A stretch of 64,000 nt of DNA, taken from IMG/VR virus record IMGVR_UViG_3300007986_000012; one strand, given 5' to 3'. Position 1 is the stretch's first letter, and each line of letters starts with the position of its first letter. This document shows, piece after piece, positions 26,834-36,799 of the stretch. The DNA is from a virus. A program made the translations under genes and the position numbers. The notes below the pieces were generated by a model. The model saw nothing but the letters and a program-made list of their open reading frames with translations. It made no database searches and was not told the DNA's origin.

Positions 26834-26862
26834 AGTATAATACCTTGTGATCTAAAATTCAA
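26834..26862 (-). promoter_or_regulatory. sigma70-type promoter
   Basis: TTGAAT-N17-TATACT upstream of ATG 26808. Confidence 0.65.
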
Positions 26863-27802
26863 TGAGTTCGTCCGCTAGTGTGTTTCTGCTGTTCGGCACA
26901 GCTTCGCCAATGGCATCTAATATGTTTTTAATGGGCTGGTCTACCAGAGATTTTATCTGGCGGTTTCTGTCAACATATGGAAGGAAATCTGTTAACCAAT
27001 CTGGTCTAATTGTCATATCCGTTGGTAGTGCTATAGCATTAAACATTCCAAAGTTTTTCTTCTTGAGAAAATAAAACTTTTTAACTTTATCTCCGGATCG
27101 GATAGGATACGATTCATGGTCCTCATAAGTTTTTAGGCACTCATTGTAAAGAATGGAAGCCCGGACCATGTGATACACTTTCTTCGGATCAGTTTTGAAT
27201 ACCTGCGTACCCTCTTCGACATCGTTGACGCCGGAAGGAACCCCTATGTCAAAAATGTCCCCATCCCGCAAAGAATTCTTGTAGTCTACAATGTCCCTTT
27301 TGATAACAATCCAACTTTCTCCCTTAAGAAATCTTTCGAAAAAATCCGTTAGTTTAATTCTAATGGCTTTGGGAATATTTGTCTTCTTGATCTGAAGACC
27401 CATGACTTTCATTTTGTCAACCTCTTTACCATCTAATTCAACCAAGTGTAAAATGTAATGTTTCTTTTTGACAAATATTCCCCGGTCAGAAACAATTTCT
27501 TTTTCTGCGACGATGTAGTTCTCTCTACCACCAGTGCAGTTAAAAGCCTTTTTCATGTATTGAGGATAACTCTTATTGACCTTCTTACAAATTGCATCAG
27601 ATACAGCAGATACCTCTTCCGCCGTGATGTCCTCTTCGCCTAAACCGGAATAGAAATAAACGCTATTGTGGACTAAAATGTCATTTGCCATAAAATATGG
27701 AAAGGCCGCATCCTTCATGACAACATCATAAACATATTGTTCTTCCGGATTATCAATTTTTGTTATATTTTTAATTTTTGATCTTATAATCTTCTTATCC
27801 AA
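26852..27802 (-). CDS. DNA polymerase B C-terminal fragment preceded by split-intein C-half (likely TTG start 27802; track start 27829)
   Basis: ..ILVHN|SVYF, KKKHY, KVMGLQIKK; SD AAGGAG 8 nt before the TTG. Confidence 0.9.
   Translation of the reverse strand: MDKKIIRSKIKNITKIDNPEEQYVYDVVMKDAAFPYFMANDILVHNSVYFYSGLGEEDITAEEVSAVSDAICKKVNKSYPQYMKKAFNCTGGRENYIVAEKEIVSDRGIFVKKKHYILHLVELDGKEVDKMKVMGLQIKKTNIPKAIRIKLTDFFERFLKGESWIVIKRDIVDYKNSLRDGDIFDIGVPSGVNDVEEGTQVFKTDPKKVYHMVRASILYNECLKTYEDHESYPIRSGDKVKKFYFLKKKNFGMFNAIALPTDMTIRPDWLTDFLPYVDRNRQIKSLVDQPIKNILDAIGEAVPNSRNTLADELIEF
27665..27802 (-). mobile_element. Split intein 3, C-half (+1 Ser)
   Basis: KIKNITKI...YVYDVVM....YFMANDILVHN|S. Confidence 0.9.
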
Positions 27803-27803
27803 T

Positions 27804-28190
27804 CTACAGTCTCCTTTTATCAGTATCACGGTTGATAGTTATAAAAACATCATCATTTTTCAAGTCGTCGGGGGCTATTTCAATGAATTGACCGTCCCGC
27901 TCTACTACCAATGAGTGGTCTTCTGTCACTGTGACAATTTTTCCACATTCCAACTCAATGCGAAATAGTGGTTTACTTATTTTGTGTCTGTATATCGTAA
28001 GAATTTCTTTATCAATTATTCTCTTAGTTTCTGGGTTGTAACATGGTGAATAATTGTTGTCTCCGTGCATCTTTATGATTTCTTTTTTGCCCTCCATATA
28101 TGTACCGTATTTTGTCGAATGTTCTTTAAACCATTCTCCTACATTCTTAAATTCCCCATTGATTTCAATTACTGAAGATTCGACCACACT
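27804..28190 (-). mobile_element. Split intein 3, N-half (Ser1)
   Basis: SVVESSVI.. after YGDTD; block B VTEDHSLVV; EIAPDDLKNDD, then stop. Confidence 0.88.
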
Positions 28191-29993
28191 ATCAGTATCA
28201 CCATAAAGTATTGATTTTGAAGGATATTTGTACTCTCCGTCTAAAATAAGAGCTATTTTTTTAGCCATATGCAATAGGATGTTCTTACCGGTCTTGGTTG
28301 TGGATTCTGCGAGTCTAACATCGAAAAATCTGAAATATTTGTTTCCGAATACCCCATAGAGAGAATTAAGCTGAATCTTTTTCAAGTATTGTATATTGTC
28401 GTAATACTCGGCTTCCTTCTTATATCGTTCTTCGTTGGTTTCTTGATGTTTCGCATAAGCGTCAACCTTTTTCTTTTGATATTCGATTCGCTCGTCGAAC
28501 CACTTCGTCAAGATACAGGGTATGACCCCGTCTTTAGCCTGATCAAAAATTGTCCCATGGCCACTTATTGCCCAGTTACGCTTCTCTAGAGCATTTCTCC
28601 ATTCTGAGGCAGTCATGGTCTCATCATTTCCATCTTCGTAGAGCAGGGTAAGATGTATATCTCCCGATTTTTCTTGAATGTATTCAAACGCTTTTTCGTT
28701 TTCGAAGAATTGACCTATTATTGTTTCGGGTGAAATGTTGATGGCCCTCATACTAGATGGATATAGAGATTTAATGTCTACAGATGCAATCCATTCGTGT
28801 AGACCTATTTGTGGATCTAATACGAAAGCACCTTCAAACTTTGTACCATCATCAAATACATCATAAGGAGCATCCGGCAACACAAGCCTTTTGTCCTGCT
28901 CGTGTTTGCAGAAATTTAGAATAGCTGTGTCGGACGTACTAGTTGTTCCCAAAACCGCTGGAATATTATTGGTTGTCATATGAGAAAAGTTCAAAGCTAG
29001 GTCCATATACTTGAACTTCAAGTCAAGATGTTTCAAAATGTCTGTATCTCGAATGTTGTATCGTAAAAACTCGTCAAAATCTTCGTGATACAATCTATAC
29101 AGAGATTTGTCGTAACTCAACTTCTGAAACCCATCTAGAGATTCTTCAGCAACGGATTCCAAAGAATAAGAATCACGTTCGCTCGCATCAAATTTCTTAA
29201 CCATCTCCATGAAGTCTATCCAAATTCTCCCATGAGGTTTAACCACCATTTCCATTGTGCCGAATTTCTCGCGTTCGTCCACACGAACATCCAAATCGGA
29301 CTCTGGAAAGTTCATCAACCTCGTATATTTTTTACCCAAGACTTTCATGGTTCTACTATAGATGTATGGGTCATCGAACCAGTCACTGTTCCAACCGCTA
29401 ACGACATCACTGTCTTCTATCTCTTGATAAAAACGCGTCAACAATTCTTTTTCGTTAGATAGTAATTCAATCTTGGAATGATCAAATAAGTCTCTAGGAA
29501 GTTCGTCTAGTTGGACCTTAGACCATTCGCCCGTCTTCGGTCTTAATGCAAGGACGATAGATTCGTCAGTGTGTTTATGGTATAGAGCGATAGAACTTAT
29601 TCTAGCATACGGGTTGTCGGGTCTAGAATGACCCCTCTCTGGGTCGTAATCAACCTCAATGTCATAGAAAGTTACATGAAGATCCCCGTCAAGGGGACTA
29701 TTGTAATAATTGTCACTCAAAACTTTGAGTTCGGGAGAAATATCAGATTCGTATATCTTTATTTCCGCTTCTCTCAATCTCTTCCTGCCGCCATAGAAAT
29801 CATAATGGCTCGTAAACTCTATCTTTTCTAGTTTTTTTCCTGTAACGGAATAACATTCTTGGTCAGAATCTTCGTTCTCTACAAAAAATTCATATGGGGC
29901 ATCGTAATATACAGCGACCCTCTTACCGTCTGGGCCTCTTTCCCAAACAATAACGTTTTTTCGGTCTTCTGTTAGTTGCGTAGAAAGATACAT
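27804..29993 (-). CDS. DNA polymerase B N-terminal fragment (exonuclease plus palm) followed by split-intein N-half
   Basis: FYDIEVD, GWNSDWFD, YNIRD exo motifs; SVDIKSLYPS, KIQLNSLYG, YGDTD|SV. Confidence 0.95.
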   Translation of the reverse strand: MYLSTQLTEDRKNVIVWERGPDGKRVAVYYDAPYEFFVENEDSDQECYSVTGKKLEKIEFTSHYDFYGGRKRLREAEIKIYESDISPELKVLSDNYYNSPLDGDLHVTFYDIEVDYDPERGHSRPDNPYARISSIALYHKHTDESIVLALRPKTGEWSKVQLDELPRDLFDHSKIELLSNEKELLTRFYQEIEDSDVVSGWNSDWFDDPYIYSRTMKVLGKKYTRLMNFPESDLDVRVDEREKFGTMEMVVKPHGRIWIDFMEMVKKFDASERDSYSLESVAEESLDGFQKLSYDKSLYRLYHEDFDEFLRYNIRDTDILKHLDLKFKYMDLALNFSHMTTNNIPAVLGTTSTSDTAILNFCKHEQDKRLVLPDAPYDVFDDGTKFEGAFVLDPQIGLHEWIASVDIKSLYPSSMRAINISPETIIGQFFENEKAFEYIQEKSGDIHLTLLYEDGNDETMTASEWRNALEKRNWAISGHGTIFDQAKDGVIPCILTKWFDERIEYQKKKVDAYAKHQETNEERYKKEAEYYDNIQYLKKIQLNSLYGVFGNKYFRFFDVRLAESTTKTGKNILLHMAKKIALILDGEYKYPSKSILYGDTDSVVESSVIEINGEFKNVGEWFKEHSTKYGTYMEGKKEIIKMHGDNNYSPCYNPETKRIIDKEILTIYRHKISKPLFRIELECGKIVTVTEDHSLVVERDGQFIEIAPDDLKNDDVFITINRDTDKRRL

Positions 29994-30054
29994 ATAACTA
30001 ATTTCACCTTTTGTCTCTTCGAGGCATGTAGTTAAACATCTTGGGGCAAAAAGA

Positions 30055-30675
30055 TCAATCCCAATTTGAAGGGTTTAAATCGTAATCGTCTTTATTGAAT
30101 TGAAAGTCCCCGGTGCTTCGTATCTGAAAATGTACTTGCGTGAGGCTTCCGAATGATACTTCTCCCACGTGGTAAACAAAATTTGGAGCAGACGGAAAAA
30201 TAACTAATGTACCCCTCTCTGGACGAAAGTTGATATCAAAGTTGGGGAAATTTAGGTTCCCCCCATATACTTCAAAGAAAGGATCAAAATCTCCTTTGTC
30301 ATTATAGTCGTTTAACCACAGTATTCCTGTAAAGTCAATAAGGTTTGATTTTTTCCAACCACCATTTTTTTGGTATTGATATGCGTCTACTATAGCTTCA
30401 GCTTTCTTATATTTGGTTGGATACCATTCAAACATCAATTGGTGTGTTCCCAGATATGTTGTATCGAAGTTTTCTTCTAAACTTGTCACCACTCCGTCAA
30501 ACATCCTCATGATTCTTGTCGTGTTCAGGTTATTGTGGAAAATGCTCTTCCTAGGAGATCCGTCTTGTCCTATAATAGGATATGTGTTACGAACCCTCAA
30601 ATCTTCTATGATTTGTTCACATGCTAGAGGGTTCAAGAATTCACGTAAAATAAGAAATGGTTTTTTCTTTTCCAT
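30055..30675 (-). CDS. 2OG-Fe(II) oxygenase fold, prolyl-4-hydroxylase-like
   Basis: FLNPLACEQII, DFTGILWLND, GGNLNF, PERGTLVIFPS, YHV..V; first His of HxD appears replaced; CATAAATA at about 30706-30713. Confidence 0.7.
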   Translation of the reverse strand: MEKKKPFLILREFLNPLACEQIIEDLRVRNTYPIIGQDGSPRKSIFHNNLNTTRIMRMFDGVVTSLEENFDTTYLGTHQLMFEWYPTKYKKAEAIVDAYQYQKNGGWKKSNLIDFTGILWLNDYNDKGDFDPFFEVYGGNLNFPNFDINFRPERGTLVIFPSAPNFVYHVGEVSFGSLTQVHFQIRSTGDFQFNKDDYDLNPSNWD

Positions 30676-30732
30676 TGAGACTATAATGTATTGTTTTTAT
30701 GATGTTATTTATGACACACGAAAAAGTGTGTA

Positions 30733-31596
30733 TCAATGTTCCTTTGCGATGATGATTTGTTCTGTGGGGTATTCGTCACTAGTCGTAACAATCGTAAACT
30801 TTTCGGAAACCCGTTGTCCATCACGCTTAAAATACAGATTTGTTTTCACACTACCATTTTCTTTACATATTCCAGCAAAAAACTTTTTGTCTCGGAAAGT
30901 AACATTCCCCATGATACAAGAATCATCCGATTTAACTTCATCATATTCTGTAACAACCAATAGATTTTGTTCTCCTAGTGTAGCAGTCTCTATCGTTTCA
31001 AATAGTTCTATTTCAACAAATCCCTCATCAGAAGAATCTTTCTCTATTCTTGATTCTACTATTGATACGTCTTGGACGCTCTCAGAGACGCTCTGGGGCT
31101 CTGATAGACCCAAAGCCTTGTCTATGGCCGCATAGAAACTTTCAGGCTTTGTATGCACCGCTATGCCTTTTTTATAACATACAATATCAACATTACCTTT
31201 ACGGTGGTAGCCTTCCGGACAAAAAACAATTATATGTTCTGGTGGTTTGATTTCGGACAACTTCCCCAGTTCCATTAGGGTTATGGGGGCTTTGCTGTCT
31301 TTTGTGAAATAAACAACCGCAATATCACAGTTGTCTATATGTGACAGTTCCCAAGACACCTGTTCAAAAAATTTAGAATTGTTTATGTCTTGCTTCCAAG
31401 TTTCATCCCAGTCATTCCGACGGGGGTTGAACACCCCAATAGATGTTGTACTTTCGTCTTTTTTAGACTCTAGATGTTTTACTACTTCTGTTTGCCAATC
31501 CACCGCTGAACCCATATCGATAGCGCCAGCCAGAAATATGGTAAAGTCGAATTGGTCCAAAACTCTTTTTGGGGGTTTAATCTCCGTTACGTTCAT
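30733..31596 (-). CDS. Nucleoside 2-deoxyribosyltransferase-like protein with C-terminal extension
   Basis: IFLAGAID....WQ, FNPRR.DWD, EQV.WEL, APITLMELG, GY.RKGNV.IVC. Confidence 0.8.
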   Translation of the reverse strand: MNVTEIKPPKRVLDQFDFTIFLAGAIDMGSAVDWQTEVVKHLESKKDESTTSIGVFNPRRNDWDETWKQDINNSKFFEQVSWELSHIDNCDIAVVYFTKDSKAPITLMELGKLSEIKPPEHIIVFCPEGYHRKGNVDIVCYKKGIAVHTKPESFYAAIDKALGLSEPQSVSESVQDVSIVESRIEKDSSDEGFVEIELFETIETATLGEQNLLVVTEYDEVKSDDSCIMGNVTFRDKKFFAGICKENGSVKTNLYFKRDGQRVSEKFTIVTTSDEYPTEQIIIAKEH

Positions 31597-31983
31597 TTAT
31601 GCCTCTCCACGCATTCTTTTGTTTAGCCTTTGAACTGTCTTGGATGGTGCCCTTCTCTTCGCAAGTTGGGTCTTTCTGACTCTTTCTCCCTTTCTCATTC
31701 GTGAAGATTTTTTACCGGCTCGCACCTGCTTTGGGTCTTTTCGCATTCCGCATTTTTGTGGGTTTTTTACGAGTCTACCCTTTCTAGGCCCAGTCATACA
31801 ACGGTATTGGCGGTCAAACTTGTTACCATAGCGTTTAAACTGTCGAGTGACTGTTCTCTTGGAACGCTTAACCGGTATTTCGGGAATCAGTGAACCATCT
31901 TCGAATAGTTCGTTTTCCTCAAACAGTTCAAACTCATCTTCTATCATTTCGAGAACATATTCGAGAACATATTCGATTCTCAT
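31597..31983 (-). CDS. Hypothetical, probable head-associated protein (acidic N-terminus, basic C-terminus)
   Basis: Glu-rich N-terminus, RC..GPRKGR.V....C motif, in late operon. Confidence 0.65.
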   Translation of the reverse strand: MRIEYVLEYVLEMIEDEFELFEENELFEDGSLIPEIPVKRSKRTVTRQFKRYGNKFDRQYRCMTGPRKGRLVKNPQKCGMRKDPKQVRAGKKSSRMRKGERVRKTQLAKRRAPSKTVQRLNKRMRGEA

Positions 31984-33272
31984 CTTTGTTCTCTCCTATT
32001 GTGTATCGTTTGAGGTGCATTGTCATCTCCCTCTTCTTTCTCTCTTCGCTCTTCTTCTTCGCGCTCTTCTTTTTCTTTCTGATTTCGATGTGCCACAAGC
32101 CTTCTGTCAGAGGTGATACTCTGAAGCCTCAAACGTCTTTCCGCCGGGTCTTCGATCTGTTGGGCTTGTCGCCTTTTCACCCTCATGGTCATTTCGTTTT
32201 CCAAATCGTCTAGTTCTAATAGGGTGCCCAAAAACGATCCACCTTCAGAGACACTGCTTAATTTGTGACGGGCCAACTCCGCCATCTTTTTGGCGTCCTT
32301 TTCTCTCTCTTTCTGTGCCTCCATTTCTCGTTCCATTTTGGCAAGTTCGGTCTGTTTTGCCATCTCTTCTTTTGCGGCCATTGCAGTGTATTCAGCTTGC
32401 AACGCGCGAGATTTTTCGGCTTCTGCTTCTGCCTGTGCTGCTTGTGCTTCTGCTTGTTTAGTCAACATCTGGACAATATTTTTCAGTAGACCGCTGGCAC
32501 CGCCCTCGTCTTCTTCCTCATCACCAAACTCAACACCCAAATCTTCTTCCTCTGGAAGTTCACTGTCTTCCGGTGTTTCGTCGTCGCCGTCACCAAGATC
32601 ATCCATCCCGCCAGCATCGCCGTCTGTGTCATCCATGCCGTCCATATTGAATTCTTCATCATCAGAAAAATCGGCGTCGTCTTTCTGGAATTCTTCTTCA
32701 CCGAACTCTGCATCTTCTGGATCAGAAACCTTGTCCGCATTGTAAACTTTATTAGTGGGTATTTCGGGAAACTCTACTGTGATGATATCAAACTGTTGTT
32801 TGAGGTTATATAGAACTTCTGCTATGGAAACTTCTCTTCCATAACCACCCCTGCCTGTCATCTTGTAATTTTCAAGCTCACCCAACTCTTGTGCTAAAGC
32901 AACCTCAAACTTTTCGGCCTGATCTCCTCTAACGGTAATTTTCATCAAGTTTCCGTCGTCGTCTTCTACCCCGTAAGTGGATGTATTGTTGTCTTCCATT
33001 CTACCCTGATTTCGAATACCACTAAGTTTAGAATATACTTGATCCAAAGATACGTTTTCTTTTAGCTTTTTAGGGAAAGGTCTACTAGAATCGACAAGTT
33101 TCATGTTTGCTTTGTTCTTGAGACGAGAGTTAAATTTTTCCATAAAGTCTAAAAAACTCCCACCCCTACGTTGGGTTGGGAAATCGTCTTTCGCGCCGTC
33201 TGTTCTTACGGCTATGGAGTGTGCTCCCACAGAACCGCTTGCTGCCGTTTCTTCTACTGTTTTTTTATACAT
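31980..33272 (-). CDS. Acidic coiled-coil protein, possible prohead core/scaffold
   Basis: Long D/E tract and AEAQA coiled coil; TATAAATA at 33304-33311. Confidence 0.5.
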   Translation of the reverse strand: MYKKTVEETAASGSVGAHSIAVRTDGAKDDFPTQRRGGSFLDFMEKFNSRLKNKANMKLVDSSRPFPKKLKENVSLDQVYSKLSGIRNQGRMEDNNTSTYGVEDDDGNLMKITVRGDQAEKFEVALAQELGELENYKMTGRGGYGREVSIAEVLYNLKQQFDIITVEFPEIPTNKVYNADKVSDPEDAEFGEEEFQKDDADFSDDEEFNMDGMDDTDGDAGGMDDLGDGDDETPEDSELPEEEDLGVEFGDEEEDEGGASGLLKNIVQMLTKQAEAQAAQAEAEAEKSRALQAEYTAMAAKEEMAKQTELAKMEREMEAQKEREKDAKKMAELARHKLSSVSEGGSFLGTLLELDDLENEMTMRVKRRQAQQIEDPAERRLRLQSITSDRRLVAHRNQKEKEEREEEERREKEEGDDNAPQTIHNRREQR

Positions 33273-33306
33273 AATCTGGTTAAACCATTGCTATTCATTG
33301 AATTAT

Positions 33307-33777
33307 TTATAAGAACTGGTCGTCTTCGGTCAAAAGTCTAAACCTTATATTGCGTTGCTTGCACCAATGTTCTGCCGCTTCCCACTTCAAACGATTGACC
33401 ATAAGAGTATATTCTTCGTTTGCCCGCTGTAACGGTTTTCTAGCTCTTGATTTTTGTGTTTGTTTTTTAGGCTTGATTTCAATCAATTCCCTGCGAATCT
33501 CGCCCATTTCATCACTAATCACAACGAACAAATCCGGAAGATATATGGAATCTACCAACATTCCGGTTGTGGGACTAGGCTTGCGGTATGGTATAGCGAT
33601 TTCTTCAGACGCCCACTTGATTATGTAAGGGTTATTGTCGCAGAACTTGAATGCTTCTTGTTCCCACGAAGATCGAAAGAAAATTTGATTTGGGTCTCCT
33701 AGATATTTTTCTGGGTTTTTTGGTTGAAACTGGCCTTCAGCCCACCGCCCACCAGATGTGGGTCTATGCTTAGGCAT
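33307..33777 (-). CDS. Head completion nuclease (T4 gp4-like, TnsA-type PD-(D/E)xK)
   Basis: FRSSWE, WASEEIAIPY, YLPD, IEIKPKKQT, KWEAA. Confidence 0.88.
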   Translation of the reverse strand: MPKHRPTSGGRWAEGQFQPKNPEKYLGDPNQIFFRSSWEQEAFKFCDNNPYIIKWASEEIAIPYRKPSPTTGMLVDSIYLPDLFVVISDEMGEIRRELIEIKPKKQTQKSRARKPLQRANEEYTLMVNRLKWEAAEHWCKQRNIRFRLLTEDDQFL

Positions 33778-33779
33778 TG

Positions 33780-34061
33780 TTATTCCTCTATCTTACCCAT
33801 GATATCGCCAAACTTAAGCATGAGGAATTCGTTTCTTTCATGTTCTATACGCAACCCCGTACCCCTAGGGAAAAACACTCGGTCTCCCAGCTTAAGCGGA
33901 ATACTCTCAACAACCCCGTGAGGGTTTCGGAATCCGGGACCCACTGCTTTGACGGTCCCGGTGTTACTATTGCCCGATCCACCGAGCAAAATTATCCCAG
34001 ACTTTCTTTTTTCGGCTTCTTCGATTTCGACAAACACCTCGTCTCTTAGTGGTTTAAGCAT
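33780..34061 (-). CDS. groES: Co-chaperonin GroES
   Basis: LKPLRDEV, SGIIL, GTVKAVGPG, GDRV. Confidence 0.92.
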   Translation of the reverse strand: MLKPLRDEVFVEIEEAEKRKSGIILLGGSGNSNTGTVKAVGPGFRNPHGVVESIPLKLGDRVFFPRGTGLRIEHERNEFLMLKFGDIMGKIEE

Positions 34062-34117
34062 AATATCTACTCCTTATATTGGCAGACATATTTATGGTAT
34101 GATTTTAGTTTTGAAAC

Positions 34118-34747
34118 TTAAAGGTGTGTAACTTTGTATCCGTCGTAAACAAAAGCAATATTGATTAAGGATACGTCAGATGCAGACATATCAAGTTCGT
34201 CTGCTATAATGTTTGTTATTTTGGGATTAAAAAATTCGTATTGTGTTTTCTTATCTCCACCATTCGACACGTGCCATAGTGTTATAGTTTTTATAATGCC
34301 CAATTCACTACCGTTTTGTAGTGCTTGAACAGTAGTAAGACCTCTTACACTATCAGCGTTGTTAGCGTCGGCTAGAGGACTGATGGCTTTCATGTAGCTG
34401 TCGACCAATTCATGACTTCTGTTGCTGGAATCATCATACAGAGTAACGTTCAGGACCGAAAAATCGGTTTTAGTAGCAACTTTAGTCCTATACCCATAAT
34501 AGTTAACATCTTTGTAATTGATGATAGGGGTGATTCTACCTGCTGTCTTTACTGGTAGATAATTTGATTCTATTGACAATTCACCCAAAGACTCGGCATT
34601 GGGAGGAGAATTTTGACGAAATTGAAATTTGATAAAAAAGTTAAATTTTAGTTTTGGGGCTTCGCTAGAGGCAAATTTATCTGCGACTCTTGGTCCGGGA
34701 GCGCTTCCGTTTGTGTATAAAAGCGGGCCTGTTATTATACCAGTCAT
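34118..34747 (-). CDS. Tail tube-like protein (gp19/gp54 paralogue)
   Basis: PKLKFNFF, T.FS.LNVTLYDD, NPKIT....ELD, I.F.YD. Confidence 0.7.
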   Translation of the reverse strand: MTGIITGPLLYTNGSAPGPRVADKFASSEAPKLKFNFFIKFQFRQNSPPNAESLGELSIESNYLPVKTAGRITPIINYKDVNYYGYRTKVATKTDFSVLNVTLYDDSSNRSHELVDSYMKAISPLADANNADSVRGLTTVQALQNGSELGIIKTITLWHVSNGGDKKTQYEFFNPKITNIIADELDMSASDVSLINIAFVYDGYKVTHL

Positions 34748-35367
34748 TATCTAATCACCAGTCTCTCTTTCGAAATTTTTAATGTTCTAACACTTTTTCT
34801 GAGAAAAGAAAGAACATCTTCATTGTTCTTTCTCAGGAATGTGCCGGAATTGACTTGATCAAACACTTCTACCAATCTAGTCTTAGTATTTTCATGTAGG
34901 TCTTTTTTATAGATGCTCAATTCAGATACAAGGTTTCCAATTCCCAAACTTTCCGAAACGAATCTGATCTTATCATCGGTTGTTTTCGCAAAATCCAAAG
35001 CTTTTACGCTAGCATATTGGGGAATTCGATCAAACAACAACACACTATTTAGATTTTTCCCCTTTTTTGATAAAGATACCAATTCTAGGAAGATAAGCCC
35101 CCTAGAGACCCTACCGCCGCCATAGTCTTTCTGCAAATCTGCGTAACTAAGGTCTATTTGTTGTTCAGGCTCGACGACAAAACTAGGACCGAAATCATTC
35201 ACTAAAAAGGTTTGTGATTGTTGACTCAAGACTTCTCTGGCTTCATCGAAGTTACCTTGACGTATAGCGTATTGCACTCTAGCTAGGATTTTCATGTAAA
35301 GATACCACACCTTTATTTTATTTATAAAAAAAGGCCACATTTTTGTGGCCTTTTTTGTATTTTTCAA
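34747..35367 (-). CDS. Hypothetical protein
   Basis: 206-aa ORF between tube genes. Confidence 0.65.
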   Translation of the reverse strand: MKNTKKATKMWPFFINKIKVWYLYMKILARVQYAIRQGNFDEAREVLSQQSQTFLVNDFGPSFVVEPEQQIDLSYADLQKDYGGGRVSRGLIFLELVSLSKKGKNLNSVLLFDRIPQYASVKALDFAKTTDDKIRFVSESLGIGNLVSELSIYKKDLHENTKTRLVEVFDQVNSGTFLRKNNEDVLSFLRKSVRTLKISKERLVIR

Positions 35368-35383
35368 TTGAGCTTTATATACT

Positions 35384-35983
35384 TTAAGCAGCGCCGCCTA
35401 GGGCAGACTTCGCTCTTCCACGGACTACCAAGTATGCATGGTCATAACGAACCGTCAGAGTGGTTTTAATTGTTTCAGACGCCTGATAATCTAGGTCCCC
35501 AAAATCAACATTGTTTAAAGCACACCCTTCAAGAAACCATTCTTCCAAAATTGCAGTTCCACCCGCGTTTGGGTGAGAACCATTCAACAATTGCATTATC
35601 ATGGAAAACTTGTAGTCAGATCCTGCTTCTGCTTGGCCCAGATACAAACCACGATCCGGACCAATAAGTTTTTGCTGTACTTCCATTTGTCTCTGGATGC
35701 CCAAATGACATCTTCCACCCATATCTGGCTCTATTACGACCGTGATAGGCTGGAAGGTATACTTTCCTTGTAGAAATGCACGAGAGTTATATCTATCTAA
35801 TTGAATTTCTTCGTATTCTACTTTTGGTCTATCAGCCGTGATGGCCATTGATGTAACCGCTCTTACGCCATCCCCATCCTGACCTCTCAAATTCATTTGA
35901 ATTCTCCAGCGATTTTTATATAGAGGTTGTGAAATACCTTCTCCTAGGTCACCGGGGATTCCCATATCAGCGATTGTTGCCAT
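35384..35983 (-). CDS. Major tail tube protein (gp19-like)
   Basis: QPLYKNRWR, RPKVEYEEI, GKYTFQPIT, W.LEGC....VDFGDLDY, LTVRYD; GATAAATA upstream. Confidence 0.85.
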   Translation of the reverse strand: MATIADMGIPGDLGEGISQPLYKNRWRIQMNLRGQDGDGVRAVTSMAITADRPKVEYEEIQLDRYNSRAFLQGKYTFQPITVVIEPDMGGRCHLGIQRQMEVQQKLIGPDRGLYLGQAEAGSDYKFSMIMQLLNGSHPNAGGTAILEEWFLEGCALNNVDFGDLDYQASETIKTTLTVRYDHAYLVVRGRAKSALGGAA

Positions 35984-36079
35984 ACTCTTTAACTCCTAAG
36001 TATTTTAGTGTTCATCATTATTTATCGATTCTGATACTTTTTATTCTATAAATATCTTCGATCACATAAGGATAAACAC

Positions 36080-36799
36080 ATGGGCAAAAACCACAACAGG
36101 GCTTCTCTCGCTTTGCATGCATTCGTAGACAATCTGGACAATGCACATTATGACGCAAATAACGGAAAACTGGAATACAATTTGGGGGAAGTTATTCAAA
36201 ATGGATTCTTTTCAAATGTTGATATCGTTATCATTCAAGGAAACTCCGAATCAATAAGAGCGGCCAAGAGGAAAGATTCTGATACATACGCCATAGTTAT
36301 CCAAACTCCAACACTACCAGAAATTGGTGCGGTAGATGACTTTATTGAAAATAAAAAAATTGCAATACCAGTCATCAAAGAACTTGCAAAAATTGCTAAT
36401 AATTTAGAGGATCAGGGAGTTGACGGTTCTGACCAACTTACGGATCATGAAAAAAGCAAAAAGTTCAACAGCAAAGATTTTTTCGAAAAAGCATACATGT
36501 TGGGTGTTGAGAAAATGAATCGTTATTTGGAACGGTTACAGGGTCAGATCGAAAGCCTTAACCGAAAAGCCGAAAATGCTGGTCTAGCGTCTAGAAAGGC
36601 TACTTATAAAATGGCTATAGACAAGTTAAAAGAAGAAACAATCGGCGAAGACGCCAAAAAGTTTTCCACAAAGTTCTATGAATTAATTGAAGAAGAACAC
36701 CCGAACTTTAGAAAATATTTAGAATCTGAAAATAGAAAAAGATTAGAATCTAGGGTTAATCAATTTTACAAAAAAATTTCTTCTAGATTTAAAATCTAA
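36080..36799 (+). CDS. Hypothetical protein, late promoter
   Basis: 239-aa ORF, TATAAATA at 36047-36054. Confidence 0.75.
   Translation: MGKNHNRASLALHAFVDNLDNAHYDANNGKLEYNLGEVIQNGFFSNVDIVIIQGNSESIRAAKRKDSDTYAIVIQTPTLPEIGAVDDFIENKKIAIPVIKELAKIANNLEDQGVDGSDQLTDHEKSKKFNSKDFFEKAYMLGVEKMNRYLERLQGQIESLNRKAENAGLASRKATYKMAIDKLKEETIGEDAKKFSTKFYELIEEEHPNFRKYLESENRKRLESRVNQFYKKISSRFKI

Noticed and set aside
30413-31135. Long antisense ORFs in the track (also 7683..8111, 32290..32745, 54003..54722, 40344..40883 and similar)
   Set aside because: They are shadows of well-supported genes on the opposite strand, low-complexity, without SD, promoter or recognisable motifs
33307-33777. Tn7-like transposon suggested by the TnsA-type nuclease
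   Set aside because: No TnsB/C or terminal repeats; context and motifs fit the T4 gp4-like head completion protein
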